The translations under genes were made by a program, and so were the position numbers. A stretch of 64,000 nucleotides of DNA, taken from assembly GCA_049793155.1 (NCBI GenBank), contig JBARBN010000228.1, positions 14,644 through 78,643 of the forward strand, given 5' to 3'. Every line of letters starts with the position of its first letter. The stretch's first letter is position 1. This stretch comes from Nitrospirota bacterium (GTDB lineage Bacteria; Nitrospirota; UBA9217). Positions 12,166 to 22,900 of the stretch are shown here, in pieces. The notes under the pieces were generated by a model. The model saw nothing but the letters and a program-made list of their open reading frames with translations. It searched no databases and had not been told where the DNA came from.

Positions 12166-13989
12166 TCACTTGTCCCCTTCCAGCCTGAGGATGAAATCAT
12201 CGATAAAAACATTCACATCGGCATTCATATTTCTGATATGGCCGGTGACGTAACTGCTGGCGAACAGTGCGGGAATGGCGACCAGGAGACCTGCCATCGT
12301 GCAGGCAAGCGCTGAAGCAACACCCGGCGCGATCGCCGCGAGATTCGCTTCGCCGCTCTCAGCTAGGCCTGCAAAAGTGTTCATGACGCCCCAGACCGTG
12401 CCCAGAAGACCAAGGAAAGGCCCGCCCGCGACACTCATGTTCATGATGACCATGCCGGCGGAAAGTCTTCTGCTTTCATGCATGGCCTCTTTCTCAACAG
12501 CGGCCCGAAAACCGTTCATGGCCCTCCCGGAGAGTCCTTTTACTTCTTCATAAGATTCTCCCTTTCTCTCCAGCCCGTTTTTTATTTCTTCGCATCCGGC
12601 CCGGTAGACACGGTAGAGCGACGAGCCCGGGAATTCATGCTCCTTCTCAAGAAGCGCCAGGGGATGTTCGACATGCCGGAAGGACTGGGTAAACGTTTCA
12701 TTTCCCTTTTTTGCCTGGCCGAGTATGGTGATCTTCTGCCTGAAGATATACAGTGACCCGCATCCCATGAGGAACAGAAATCCGATGATAAGCCATCCAT
12801 CGAGGGTAATGGTCCGGATAATGACCTTCATAAGATGGACGGTCAAAGACTCGCCGCCTCCGCCGCCACCGCCCGTCTCTTCCTCCAGGTAGGACGTCAG
12901 CGCGCCGTCCGGTCCCTGGCCCTTGAAGGCCGCCTTGATCCAGCCGGCCGTTCTGGCCGTGTTGGACAACTGCACTTCATCCAGATCACCCGAAAACGCG
13001 TTGTCCCCTTTCTCGGATGCGCCGATGATGATTTCCGCTGAGGGCGCCGGTACCGCCCCTGTAAGTTTGATCGATGCTGTCTCAGTGCCATCCAGGTAAA
13101 GGGTGATCTTCTTATCGGGCTCCGCGGTCACGGCCAGATGATGCCAGCGATCCTGGACCAGGGCAGTTGTTTTCGGCGTCTCCGTGCTCCGACCTTTTCC
13201 CTGGCCCAGACTGCAGTATGCCTTAGCATCGTCGATCCCTATTACGATGGACTGGTTAAAGTCAGCCCAGGAAAAAAGACGCATATTCCCTGTAGAGCGG
13301 TTCAGGCGCACCCAGGCGGAAAAGGTGAATCCCTTGGCAAAGTTGAACGATGTCGCTCTGGCGACCGTCATCTTTGCATCGGTCCCGTTGAACTGAAAGC
13401 CGTTTCCGACGACCGACGGGATGCCGGGTTTGGCCGACGAAGAAGTGGTATGGTTGGCGTAAGCCGTTGCATCTTTCGGAAGTCCGAACAACTCATTCAG
13501 GTGATACACAGCCACCTGGTTCACATCATACGTCCCGCCCGCGTCCTGACCGTCCGGCGAGGAGGAGTTCCCGTAATACATCCAGATCGAATCCTGATCG
13601 GCCCCCCCGGAGATCCGGGGGACCTTGACCCATATCAGGGCGATCTCTTCCTTGGGATCGAACTTCTCGATATGATATTTCAGCGGTAACTTATCGTCCG
13701 CGCTCACAAACCTGAGGTCCGAGCCATCGGGCTTTGCATTGGGAAAATTGAAGTTGCCCGTATGGAGACGTACGAGAACGGGGACATCCGTGAGATCATC
13801 CTTGATGTCAGTGCCCTTGGATGTCGTATCGAACTGGATCTTTTTTCTTTGCTGCCACTTTCCGTCCCACCACGCATGCGCGCTCGGTGGAGCGAGCAGG
13901 CCGAGAACGAACACCAGCCCCGCAACAGCGGCCGCTGTTTTTATCAATGAACGCCACGGTATAAGAGAAGTTATTCTGCCCATAGACAC
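12166..13989 (-). CDS. Fusion protein: N-terminal periplasmic LamG/DUF2341-like domain of about 370 aa plus a C-terminal MotA/TolQ/ExbB proton-channel domain
   Basis: Signal/TM start. The N-terminal region is beta-rich and concanavalin/LamG-like, with a poly-Gly linker (GGGGGGG). The C-terminus AGGPFLGLLGTVWGVMNTFAGLA...AIAPGVASAL is the MotA/TolQ/ExbB channel signature, with three TM helices. Confidence 0.7.
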   Translation of the reverse strand: MSMGRITSLIPWRSLIKTAAAVAGLVFVLGLLAPPSAHAWWDGKWQQRKKIQFDTTSKGTDIKDDLTDVPVLVRLHTGNFNFPNAKPDGSDLRFVSADDKLPLKYHIEKFDPKEEIALIWVKVPRISGGADQDSIWMYYGNSSSPDGQDAGGTYDVNQVAVYHLNELFGLPKDATAYANHTTSSSAKPGIPSVVGNGFQFNGTDAKMTVARATSFNFAKGFTFSAWVRLNRSTGNMRLFSWADFNQSIVIGIDDAKAYCSLGQGKGRSTETPKTTALVQDRWHHLAVTAEPDKKITLYLDGTETASIKLTGAVPAPSAEIIIGASEKGDNAFSGDLDEVQLSNTARTAGWIKAAFKGQGPDGALTSYLEEETGGGGGGGESLTVHLMKVIIRTITLDGWLIIGFLFLMGCGSLYIFRQKITILGQAKKGNETFTQSFRHVEHPLALLEKEHEFPGSSLYRVYRAGCEEIKNGLERKGESYEEVKGLSGRAMNGFRAAVEKEAMHESRRLSAGMVIMNMSVAGGPFLGLLGTVWGVMNTFAGLAESGEANLAAIAPGVASALACTMAGLLVAIPALFASSYVTGHIRNMNADVNVFIDDFILRLEGDK

Positions 13990-13997
13990 GGTTTTAA

Positions 13998-16900
13998 TTA
14001 TTCCTCCTTACTCTTGTCATTATCGTCTTCAACAAAATCCACAACCTTCACATCCAGCCACTTCGCAATGATGTCCTCGACCATCTGAGATGCCTGCGCT
14101 CGAGACACGCCGATGCCGGATGCGTCAGTGTTCATCTGGGTGTTTTGCGTTATGCCGGTGCCCGCCAGCGTCCCCAGCGAAGCAGTGCCTTCCGAGGACT
14201 GGGGCACACCGATAGACCCAGCACTGAAGGTGATGTTCGAGGCATTGTTCACCTTGAGCGCCGCCAGGGTGATCTGTCCTCCCGCGATACCCGCTTCGCC
14301 CGCATCGATGACGCCCGTGGGTGCAAAGAGATGAACATTGCCGGGAACCGGCGGGTTGTCCCCGTACGTCAATGCCCGCATGCCGCTGCCGACAGCAGGG
14401 GGCGTAAACACCGTCTCATACACACCCGTCAAACCGGGAACTTGTTTCCGCTTTGGAGGAGAAGCGTTGACCGCGGTCCTTGATCCCCGGCCGGCATTAA
14501 TATTCCCCTGGTCGCTCCAGACGGTGATATCACCGTAAAGTTTCGTGGGGTCGACCATGTCCTGCCGGGAAAAAAAAGTCATGACGCGCGACTCCTGGAC
14601 ATTAATGTCTTTAACCGCGAAGATATTGATCGCTCCGCCATTGGCGGTCGTGATGCCGGTTGTGGTATTCACCACGCTTGCGCTCGGCAATGCGGTTTTT
14701 CCAAGGTTCAGGTTGCCGTTCGCGATGACGAAAATATCGGACGCAGCATTCGATGTCGAGATCTGCGAAGAGGTCATGTTGATATCGCCGGCGCCCGTAG
14801 GAGCGTCCAGGAGCGGAGCAATCGTTTTTGTTCTGGTCGTTTGCAACAGTTGGGATGCCTCATCCAATTTGCCATCGGCCATCAGCCCGGCGTATGTGTC
14901 ACCGGCCGTTCGAATGGAATTGAAGAAAGCCTGAATATCAGATGCCGGTTTGTCGAACCCGTATCCTGACAGGACAACCAGGCTGCTTTTTTCGGCTCCC
15001 AGGGCGGGATTATTGCCGTTGCCGATCTCCTGGATGCCGTCACTAAGCGATCCCAGGTCGATGGAACCTGCCGCCTGTACCAGGAAGACCCCCGGCCCGC
15101 CCTGGATCAGTCCGCCTTGTGCGGAGTTTTGCGAGGACGCCTTTACGTACTGTATCGATATGTCCCGGCCTGCCCGGATCATGGCTACATCATTAGAAGT
15201 AATGTTCTGTCCCTCATAGGTAATATCAACAATGTCCCGGCCTGCCGTCACTTCGGCCTTTTTCGAGAACTTCATGTTCAGACCTTTTATATCTTCGTCC
15301 GCATGGACCGTGATGGCTTGATCGTCCCCTGCATGCAGAGGCTCCGAAAACGACCATGTGTTGTCCGTTGGATCATACAGCCCGTGGAGGTTGGATGTTC
15401 GTTTACTGATCCATTGGCCGCTTTTCTCGGGGCTATCGGGGTTTCCGATATAGAAGAGCCCGTACCAGTTCTGGGTCGAGATGTCCGACATGAGGATCGT
15501 CGCAGATCGATAGGTTCCGTGAGCAGTATCCAGGACTTGTCCGATCACGTCGGCGCCGGCGTCGAGGCTGAGGTCCCCCTTGGAAAACGAGGCAAGGGTG
15601 AAATCATTCCGCAGCATAATATCCCCTCCCGCATCTACATTCACGGTCGCGGGCAGGACCCTCTCGTAATTCTTTGCATAACCCGTCGGATCATTTGCAT
15701 AGTAAGGCGAATTTCCTGCGATCGTTACATCGGTCCCGGCTTTGAGTTTGATGCTCGTTTCAGGCATATACGTACACTGCACAAAGTAGTTTCTGGACTC
15801 GTCTATCTTATCGCTTGCCAGTGTAGGATTGAGCACCGCGCCGATCTGCATCTCTCCCTGGGCAGTCACATTCATACGGCTGTTGAAAAGCTCGATCTGC
15901 GCCTGTTTATCAAATGCCCCGAAATTTCCCATGGCATGGATCTCCGCGCGTCCGGGCTCGCCTGCTGATCCATGATTCAGGAACCTGCCCTTGATATCCC
16001 CGCCGGAATAGATCGTAAGGTCTCCGGTCCCGAACGTCCCGGCCTGAGCAAGGAAATCTCCTCCTGTACGGACGGCAAGTTTCCCACCGCCCATGGTTGC
16101 CAGACCTGCGGTGCCGTTTACATAGTCGGCTGAGAAAACACCGTAATATGCAAGCGTCGCCGATCCTCCATTCCCCGCCAGCGGGAAAGAAACTTCTATC
16201 GGTGAAAAATAATCCCATGCATCTGTCTTGTCAGCTACTACCCATTGACCGGAGCTGTTCAATTTCCCCGCCTGTCTTCCCACCGAAAGGTTGATGTTGC
16301 CGCCTTTGTCGTATCTCCAATAATAGGTCTGGTAGATATCAGATTGAATTGATCCCGGGAGGGCAATTACCATCGGGTCAAAAGGATTATCTCCCCAGTT
16401 GGCAGCAGCCGCTGCTGCTGAAAGCCGGCCTGTCGTGCGGATCGCGCCGGCTCCGGCATTATTCGTATCATTTCCGACAAGGAGGTTCAGGTCTCGGCCG
16501 ATGTTGATGTCGATGTCGCCCGTCGCCGTCTGAATGGCTCCGGCTACAATGAGGTCACGGCCCACGTTTCCCCTGATCGATCCCGTAAAGGACGCAAGAC
16601 TATAGTTCATCATATAACTGGGCAGCATATACCCGGGCGGCTGGTCGGCAACGCCAATGATCGTGTCTTTTCCTGATGCGATACGGATGGGTGCGGTCTC
16701 GGTGTAAACAATTACATTGTTTGCAAAGCTAAGGTTTCCAGCGCCACTGTTGTTCACAGCCATATGATCGGCGCTCGACAGATCCGCTCCCGCAACAAGA
16801 TCAAATCCCCAGGAGTTTTGTCCTGAAGGGGCAGAGGTGATGTTGTAGCCGGATGGACTGTCCGCAAGATTGTTATTGATGTTGAGGTCACCCGCCGCGC

Positions 16901-19900
16901 GGATAGTCAGTACGCCTGGCTCGCCACCGAACCGGGAAGTGGTCGCATCCCAGGCTGCGTTCAAATCAATGTTGCCGTTACTGACTAATTCGATTCCAGG
17001 AAGGAGATGGAAATTATTGATGCCGGTTCCGAACCGGTTTGTATTATTCATATAATTTGTGTAGAAGGTCGTTGCGTCGCTGATCCCCGTGGGCAAGGCC
17101 AGATCGGGTGTCGAGGAAGATATATCGTATGATCTGACTGCTTCTGCGTATACTGCAGACGCGCCCGCGATGGCCCCCGAGGCTATAGTAGCGTTCAAGT
17201 CATTATTCGCCAAATTGCACTGCGCACGCAGGTAGACCACACCGGTGGGGGCAGTACCGTCGCTTCCGGACACATCAATCTTTCCGTTAATATTGATCGA
17301 TGCCGCTGATGAACTTAGCAGCACATTCGCATCCAAAGAACCGGATGTTGAAGAAACAGCCCGGATACTGCCGCCGGACTGAATGTTCAGGTCGTTCATG
17401 GCGTACAATTCGACACTGCCGCCTTGGCTGACTTCGATTCTTCCAGCGACATTGATGTTCCCATAAAGAGGATTGCCGTTGCTGTCCGTTAAGAGGACTC
17501 CATTTGCGTCTTTGGAGGGATCGTCTTCAGTAAGTTTGACAAGGTGCGCTGTCAGCTTATCGGTGGAAGCGATATCGATGTTTCCTTTTCTGGCCCGCAT
17601 ATCGACGGATTCCGTGAAGCCGCCCGCCGACAGGGTCCCGATGAGCCTGGTCATGTCAATGTCTGCAAGCTGACTGGTGTCGAGTATGAATGATCCGCCT
17701 GCTCCGCCATGAGCCGCAGCCATCAGACTGCCGTTAATCAAGACACCTCCTATGGGCGACTGAAGACTGATAAGCCCCGCGTCACCCTGGGAACCCGCGG
17801 ACACATCGATCAATGAAGACGAATCCAACACAATGCCGCCATTTACGGATTTCAGGAGCACCTGTCCTCCTGGCGCGTCAACAGTGCCTTGTGCGAGGAT
17901 CTTGCTGCCGCTGCGCAGCATGACGCCGTCGGCAGGTCCGGAACCCATTGCCGAGAGCTTAATGGACCCGCCATCGGCCTGTATCACTCCGCCCTGGTCG
18001 ATCGAAGCCCCCCAGAACTCCAGCGTCCCACCCTGCGTGGAGGATGGACCCGCAGCGTTTCCGTTGCCGGCAATAGTGATCTTATTGGTGGGGTTGGGAT
18101 CGTTTTGATCATTATGGTAATTAGCGCCGGCATAGACCGCGAAATCAGCAGGCGTAAGGGACGTCGTTGCCGTGCCGTCCTTATGCTTGTTTGTTCCAGC
18201 CGTGCTCACGGCAACCACGCGCGCGGCGCTGATCGACAGATCGGCGTTCCCCGCGCTCAGGCTTCCCTTTCCGTTCAGCGTCAAGTCGTTCCGGCTATTG
18301 AGATTGATCCTATTGAAATTTGCGAACAGAACATCGCCATCGCCGATGTTGATCGTGCCGATGCCGCCTGCATTGGCGGAAGTGGCGGCCGTGAAGATAG
18401 AGGCGCCCATGGACGCGTCGGGCGGTAACGTTGAAGCGGTTCCCGAATTCTTGAAATTGATGGTCGGTGCTTCCAGAGTAACTGCAATGGGACTCTGGCT
18501 CACGTTGGCAATGCGGCTTGCGTCCAGGGTCAGGCTGTTGCCGGCCGAAAGATTAAAGTTTTCCCGGAACTGGATGCCCGCATTATTGCCGCTGTTGCTG
18601 ACCAGGGTGATGTCCTGAAATCCGGTGAAATTATTAGTCCACATATTTTGTGTCACGTGAAGGCCGGTATCGGTCCGCGTCCCATCATCCAGAAATATGG
18701 CGCTGCTTTTCAGGGTCAGGGCGCCGTTGTCAGACTGGAGAGAACCTTTCATAGTTGCCACATTGTTCGCATCCAGACTTACGGCGTGAGTTGCGTGCAG
18801 AATAGCATTAGACCCGATATCAAGGGTGCCCGGCGTGGTCAATGTGATCACACCTTCGCCTGAGTTCGTATTCTGGTCAGTCACCGCCTGCAGTGAGGAT
18901 GATTTCCCGATCGTGATCTGATTCTTGGCTGCAAGCGAGATGATTGATGCGTTCAGGACCGTAGGTGCTTCAGCAGTGCTTGTAATCGTGATGCTGTTCG
19001 TTGAGCCTGCATCGCCCAAGTCGACTTCACGAAAACCCGTAAGACCGTCAGCGGACATTGTCAAGCCGCCTTTGAGTTTCTGGAGTTCGGGATGCAAAAG
19101 GTCGTCGAAACTGGTGTCGAAGTTGAAGTAATTCCCCAATGGGGATGTAGATGCGGTCTGCACGATGATATTCGCTGCGCTCAGGCTGATCTTCCCTCCC
19201 TGAAAGCCCTGTCCTGCAGCGGCTTTGAGCTTACCGTCGAGAATCATCGTATTCCCGGATATTTTTATGATGCCTGCATCGCCGGACAGGATTGGTTCCG
19301 GTTTCACATAACTCCCTTCCGCATGAAGGACTTCGGCCGCGGTCCGCACGGTGAAGACTTGCGGCCGCGTGCCCTGTATCGGGGTGTCCGCGACAGCCGA
19401 ATATCCGACAACAAGCGGGTACCCGTCTTTTGACAGCGCTCCCTGCTCCGGCAGGGATGGACCCGACTGCGCCTCGATGATAGAGGCCCCAGGGAGGAAC
19501 GCGTACCGCGCATTTTGAGGGTTCTTCGCATCCAGGGGGAGCAGGGTGTACATTCCCGCACTGAGGCCTCCCCCGCCCTGAAGATACACGGCCGTTCCGG
19601 GCATTGGGAAGGAATCGGCCTTGAAGACAACATAGCGTCCCGTCTTGGTGAGCGGATCAACGGAGCCTTCCACGCCCGGCTGGAATTTATACCCAAATAT
19701 CGAACCGCCGCCGGAAACGTCGATCACAGAACCTCCCCGGGCAACCACTTCGTCGGCATTCAGGGTGATGCCCTTCTGGGGAAGGCTGTCTTGCGTGATA
19801 CGCGATGTTGTTCCGGCGTTAATTCCCGGGTTGGACTTGTCCTCAAGGAGCCAAAGGTTGTTCGGGTCGATCAGACCGTACATTACCTCAGCACTCCCCG

Positions 19901-22900
19901 CGGTCGTCAGAACGCTGCCGTCGGCAAGATATATACGCTTTCCCGGGGCATTGAGTGTGATGGTCCCCATCGGGGCCGCGAGGGTCACGCCCTTTTCCAC
20001 ATCGATTCCTGCCAGGCCCTCCACAGTCAGGCTTCCGCCCGCCGAATAGATGGGCACATCTGCAGTGATATCCGCATTCTGGATCGTGTGCTGCAGCGTC
20101 ACTTTGCCGTTCGAGTGAACCGTGTAATCGGAGTACAGATCCGGATAGAATTGGCTTCCATGCGTCGTATATGAATAATAATTGCCCGGATATATCCGGT
20201 CCGCATCCAGAACCAGGTTGCCCGTTGTGGCCAGTATTCCATTCTTCACTGTTCCGGGATTGCCGTCTTTGCCGCTGGTGAAATTGTTGTCGTACAATAC
20301 CTGGCTCAGGCGTATATCCCGGTCGGTCCGCAGCGTGACATCACGAAAACCGTCGATCTGAACGTCTCCGATCACATCGATAAAGCCGCCATGTTTAACG
20401 CCGCTCGAATCTGTCCATCCTCCGGAAAGCGTGAACGATCCCGCGGTCGGGGAAGTTGAATTCGTGAGCGCCGGTGGAGACACTTTGGATGTGTTCGTAA
20501 GAACTATCCAGGGCGCGCTCAACGCCACGTTGTTTCCGGAGCCCGTGATCTCCGGCGCATCCAGGGTCAGCTTCCGGCCTATCAAGGCGTTATTGATGTT
20601 GCTGCTGAAGATAAGCGAGTACGCGCTCCTGAACGTCAGGTCGTCGAATCCCGTTGTGTGGAGAGCCAGCTTAGTGACGTCCATGCCGCTGGTCGCGTCT
20701 GTTTTGGCGATCGCCAGACTGCCTCCGCCCAGCCCCTCCAGTTGCGCATGATTGGCATATACGGAGCCCAGCGGATTCAGGTCGCTCCCGTAACTCAGGG
20801 AAACACTGCCCGGATTACTTGCTGTTTTATAGGTGGTGATCTTCCCGTTAGACAAGACCGTATTCTGGACCACGTCCGATCCTGAGACATCTACGATCGC
20901 CGAACGATCAATCTCCAGGGAACCAAAAGCAGTCAGTGACACATTGCCGCCGGTCATTGACTGGTAGTTGACGTCGAAGCCGTTTGGCGTAGATGACGGA
21001 TCAGGACGGTTGTATCCGGCTGCGGTTATTTTCGCGCCATTGCCCAGCAGAAGATCGCCCTTCGTCGCACTGAGGCTGATGTTTCCGGCCGGCGCGTCCA
21101 ACATTCCTTGCACGGTCACATTCGGGCCGGACAGAGATATGGATCCTCCGGGCGATGTTTGTATAACCGCGCCGTCGGAGACCATAAGGTTCACAGAGCT
21201 GCGATCTACGTCCTTTAAGTTGCCGGCAAAATTGCTGTTGCCGCTCGTCAGAGTGCCGTCAAAAAGTTTTGCCGCGTTCGCGGTAAATGAAGAGGGCCCG
21301 GCCATATAGCTCATAGCATCGTCGAGACGCATGAGATCGGGCCTTCCGGGTACCATGCTTCCTGAGGCATCCTGACCCTCGATCAGCGCTTTCCCTGTCT
21401 GCCCGATAATCGGATTGTTCATTCTGGCCAGCGAGGGAGTGATCGTTGTGTTTTTATCGATGATGAGATCATTCTGACTGTTGAGTGTGATCCGCGTGAA
21501 ACCAGTATCATCGAACCGGTTTTCGGCAAGGGTGAACTTGTCCTTCATCTCAGCGGAGACTGAAGATTTCTGTGGATCTGAACTGGCGGCATCAAAACTG
21601 CTCCAGTCGTATGTTTGAGGGATTGATGAAGCCGGAGCAACAGTAATATTGGTCGAAGCAAGGGTAATGGCGCCTCCCTGGAGTTTGCCGTTCGGATCAG
21701 CCAGGGCATAACCGCGCAGATCCCCGTCCAGCTCAATGTTCGTCCCCTGGATGCTTAATGACCCGGCATTCCCTCCCGTTACCTTGCCCTTCTGGTCGAT
21801 GGAGTATCCGCCGCTCACATCCATCAGGGCGCCCGTTTGCACGAAGACGCCCGCCCCCTGGTCCGTTTCATCCTTCAGAGAGACGGACCCGCCGTTCGTT
21901 CGCCCGGAACCTGCAAAGGCATTACCGGTTGTCCCCGCCTGGCTATTATCTATCCGTTCTCCCGACACATCGAGAACGCTCTTCTTTCCTGCAATGATCC
22001 TCTCATCGAGCGGCTCATAGGAGGCGCCATTGGACGTTCCGTTGGCGTTAAGTTGACTGGTGTTGTTCTGCGCCGCGTATAAATTTATTTCACCGCCGTG
22101 AACCGTGATCGAGCCCTCGTGGTCGATCCGTCTTGCCGTCGCCGCAAAAGAACCACCCGGTTGCAGCACGAGGCCGGCATCGGCAGCCGTGTCAATGGTC
22201 AGGTCTGCCGTAAGGTTCACGGTGCCCAGCTTCGCATTGTTCAGGGTCGTGGCCGAGATCAGCGTGGGACCGGTCAGGGGATCGGAACCGATGGTAAGCT
22301 TATTATCGATGCTAAGCTGTTGAGGGTCTATTTGCGAAAGGACGGAAATCGACGTGGGGTTATTGAGCGTAGTGCTTCCGGAATTGCCTATTTTCAGCGT
22401 TCCCGCCCTTGGTGTTTCGATGCCCTGGGCCTTGGAAAGCATCAGCGCTTCCTCGTAATCCGCATCGGTACCATATGCAGTTCTCGTCGTCCAGGCATTC
22501 TGATAGGTGCCGCGCGTTACACTGCCGTTGAGCTGACCATCGAGAACGACCGAGGACGCCGTGAGCGAAAGCGTGCCGGCATCGCCGCCCTGGGCATAGC
22601 CTTTCACATAGGTCTTCAACGAGGAGGCGCCGCCGTAGTATATCCCTGAATAGGACTCCCGGATACCGAACCCGTCGTACGTTTTTTCGTAATTTCCGAG
22701 GAGCTTATTATACTGAATGTTGGCCGGGGCATTGCCGATGTCGTAGATCTGCGTGCCTGACAGCAGCTTCGTGGAATCAACAAGGCCGCTTTGATAGTTG
22801 ATCAAGCCGCCGGCTAAATTGAGCGCGGCCCCTTGCTTGATGATAATATCGCCGTTCGTCACATTCATGTCTATGTTTCCGGTTTGGGGTTGATAGACCC

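Noticed and set aside
19515-20174. Plus-strand ORFs inside tpsA (219 aa and many others between 14100 and 24400)
   Set aside because: The minus-strand frame is continuous for 3464 codons with a bona fide TPS domain. Plus-strand frames are low-complexity antisense.
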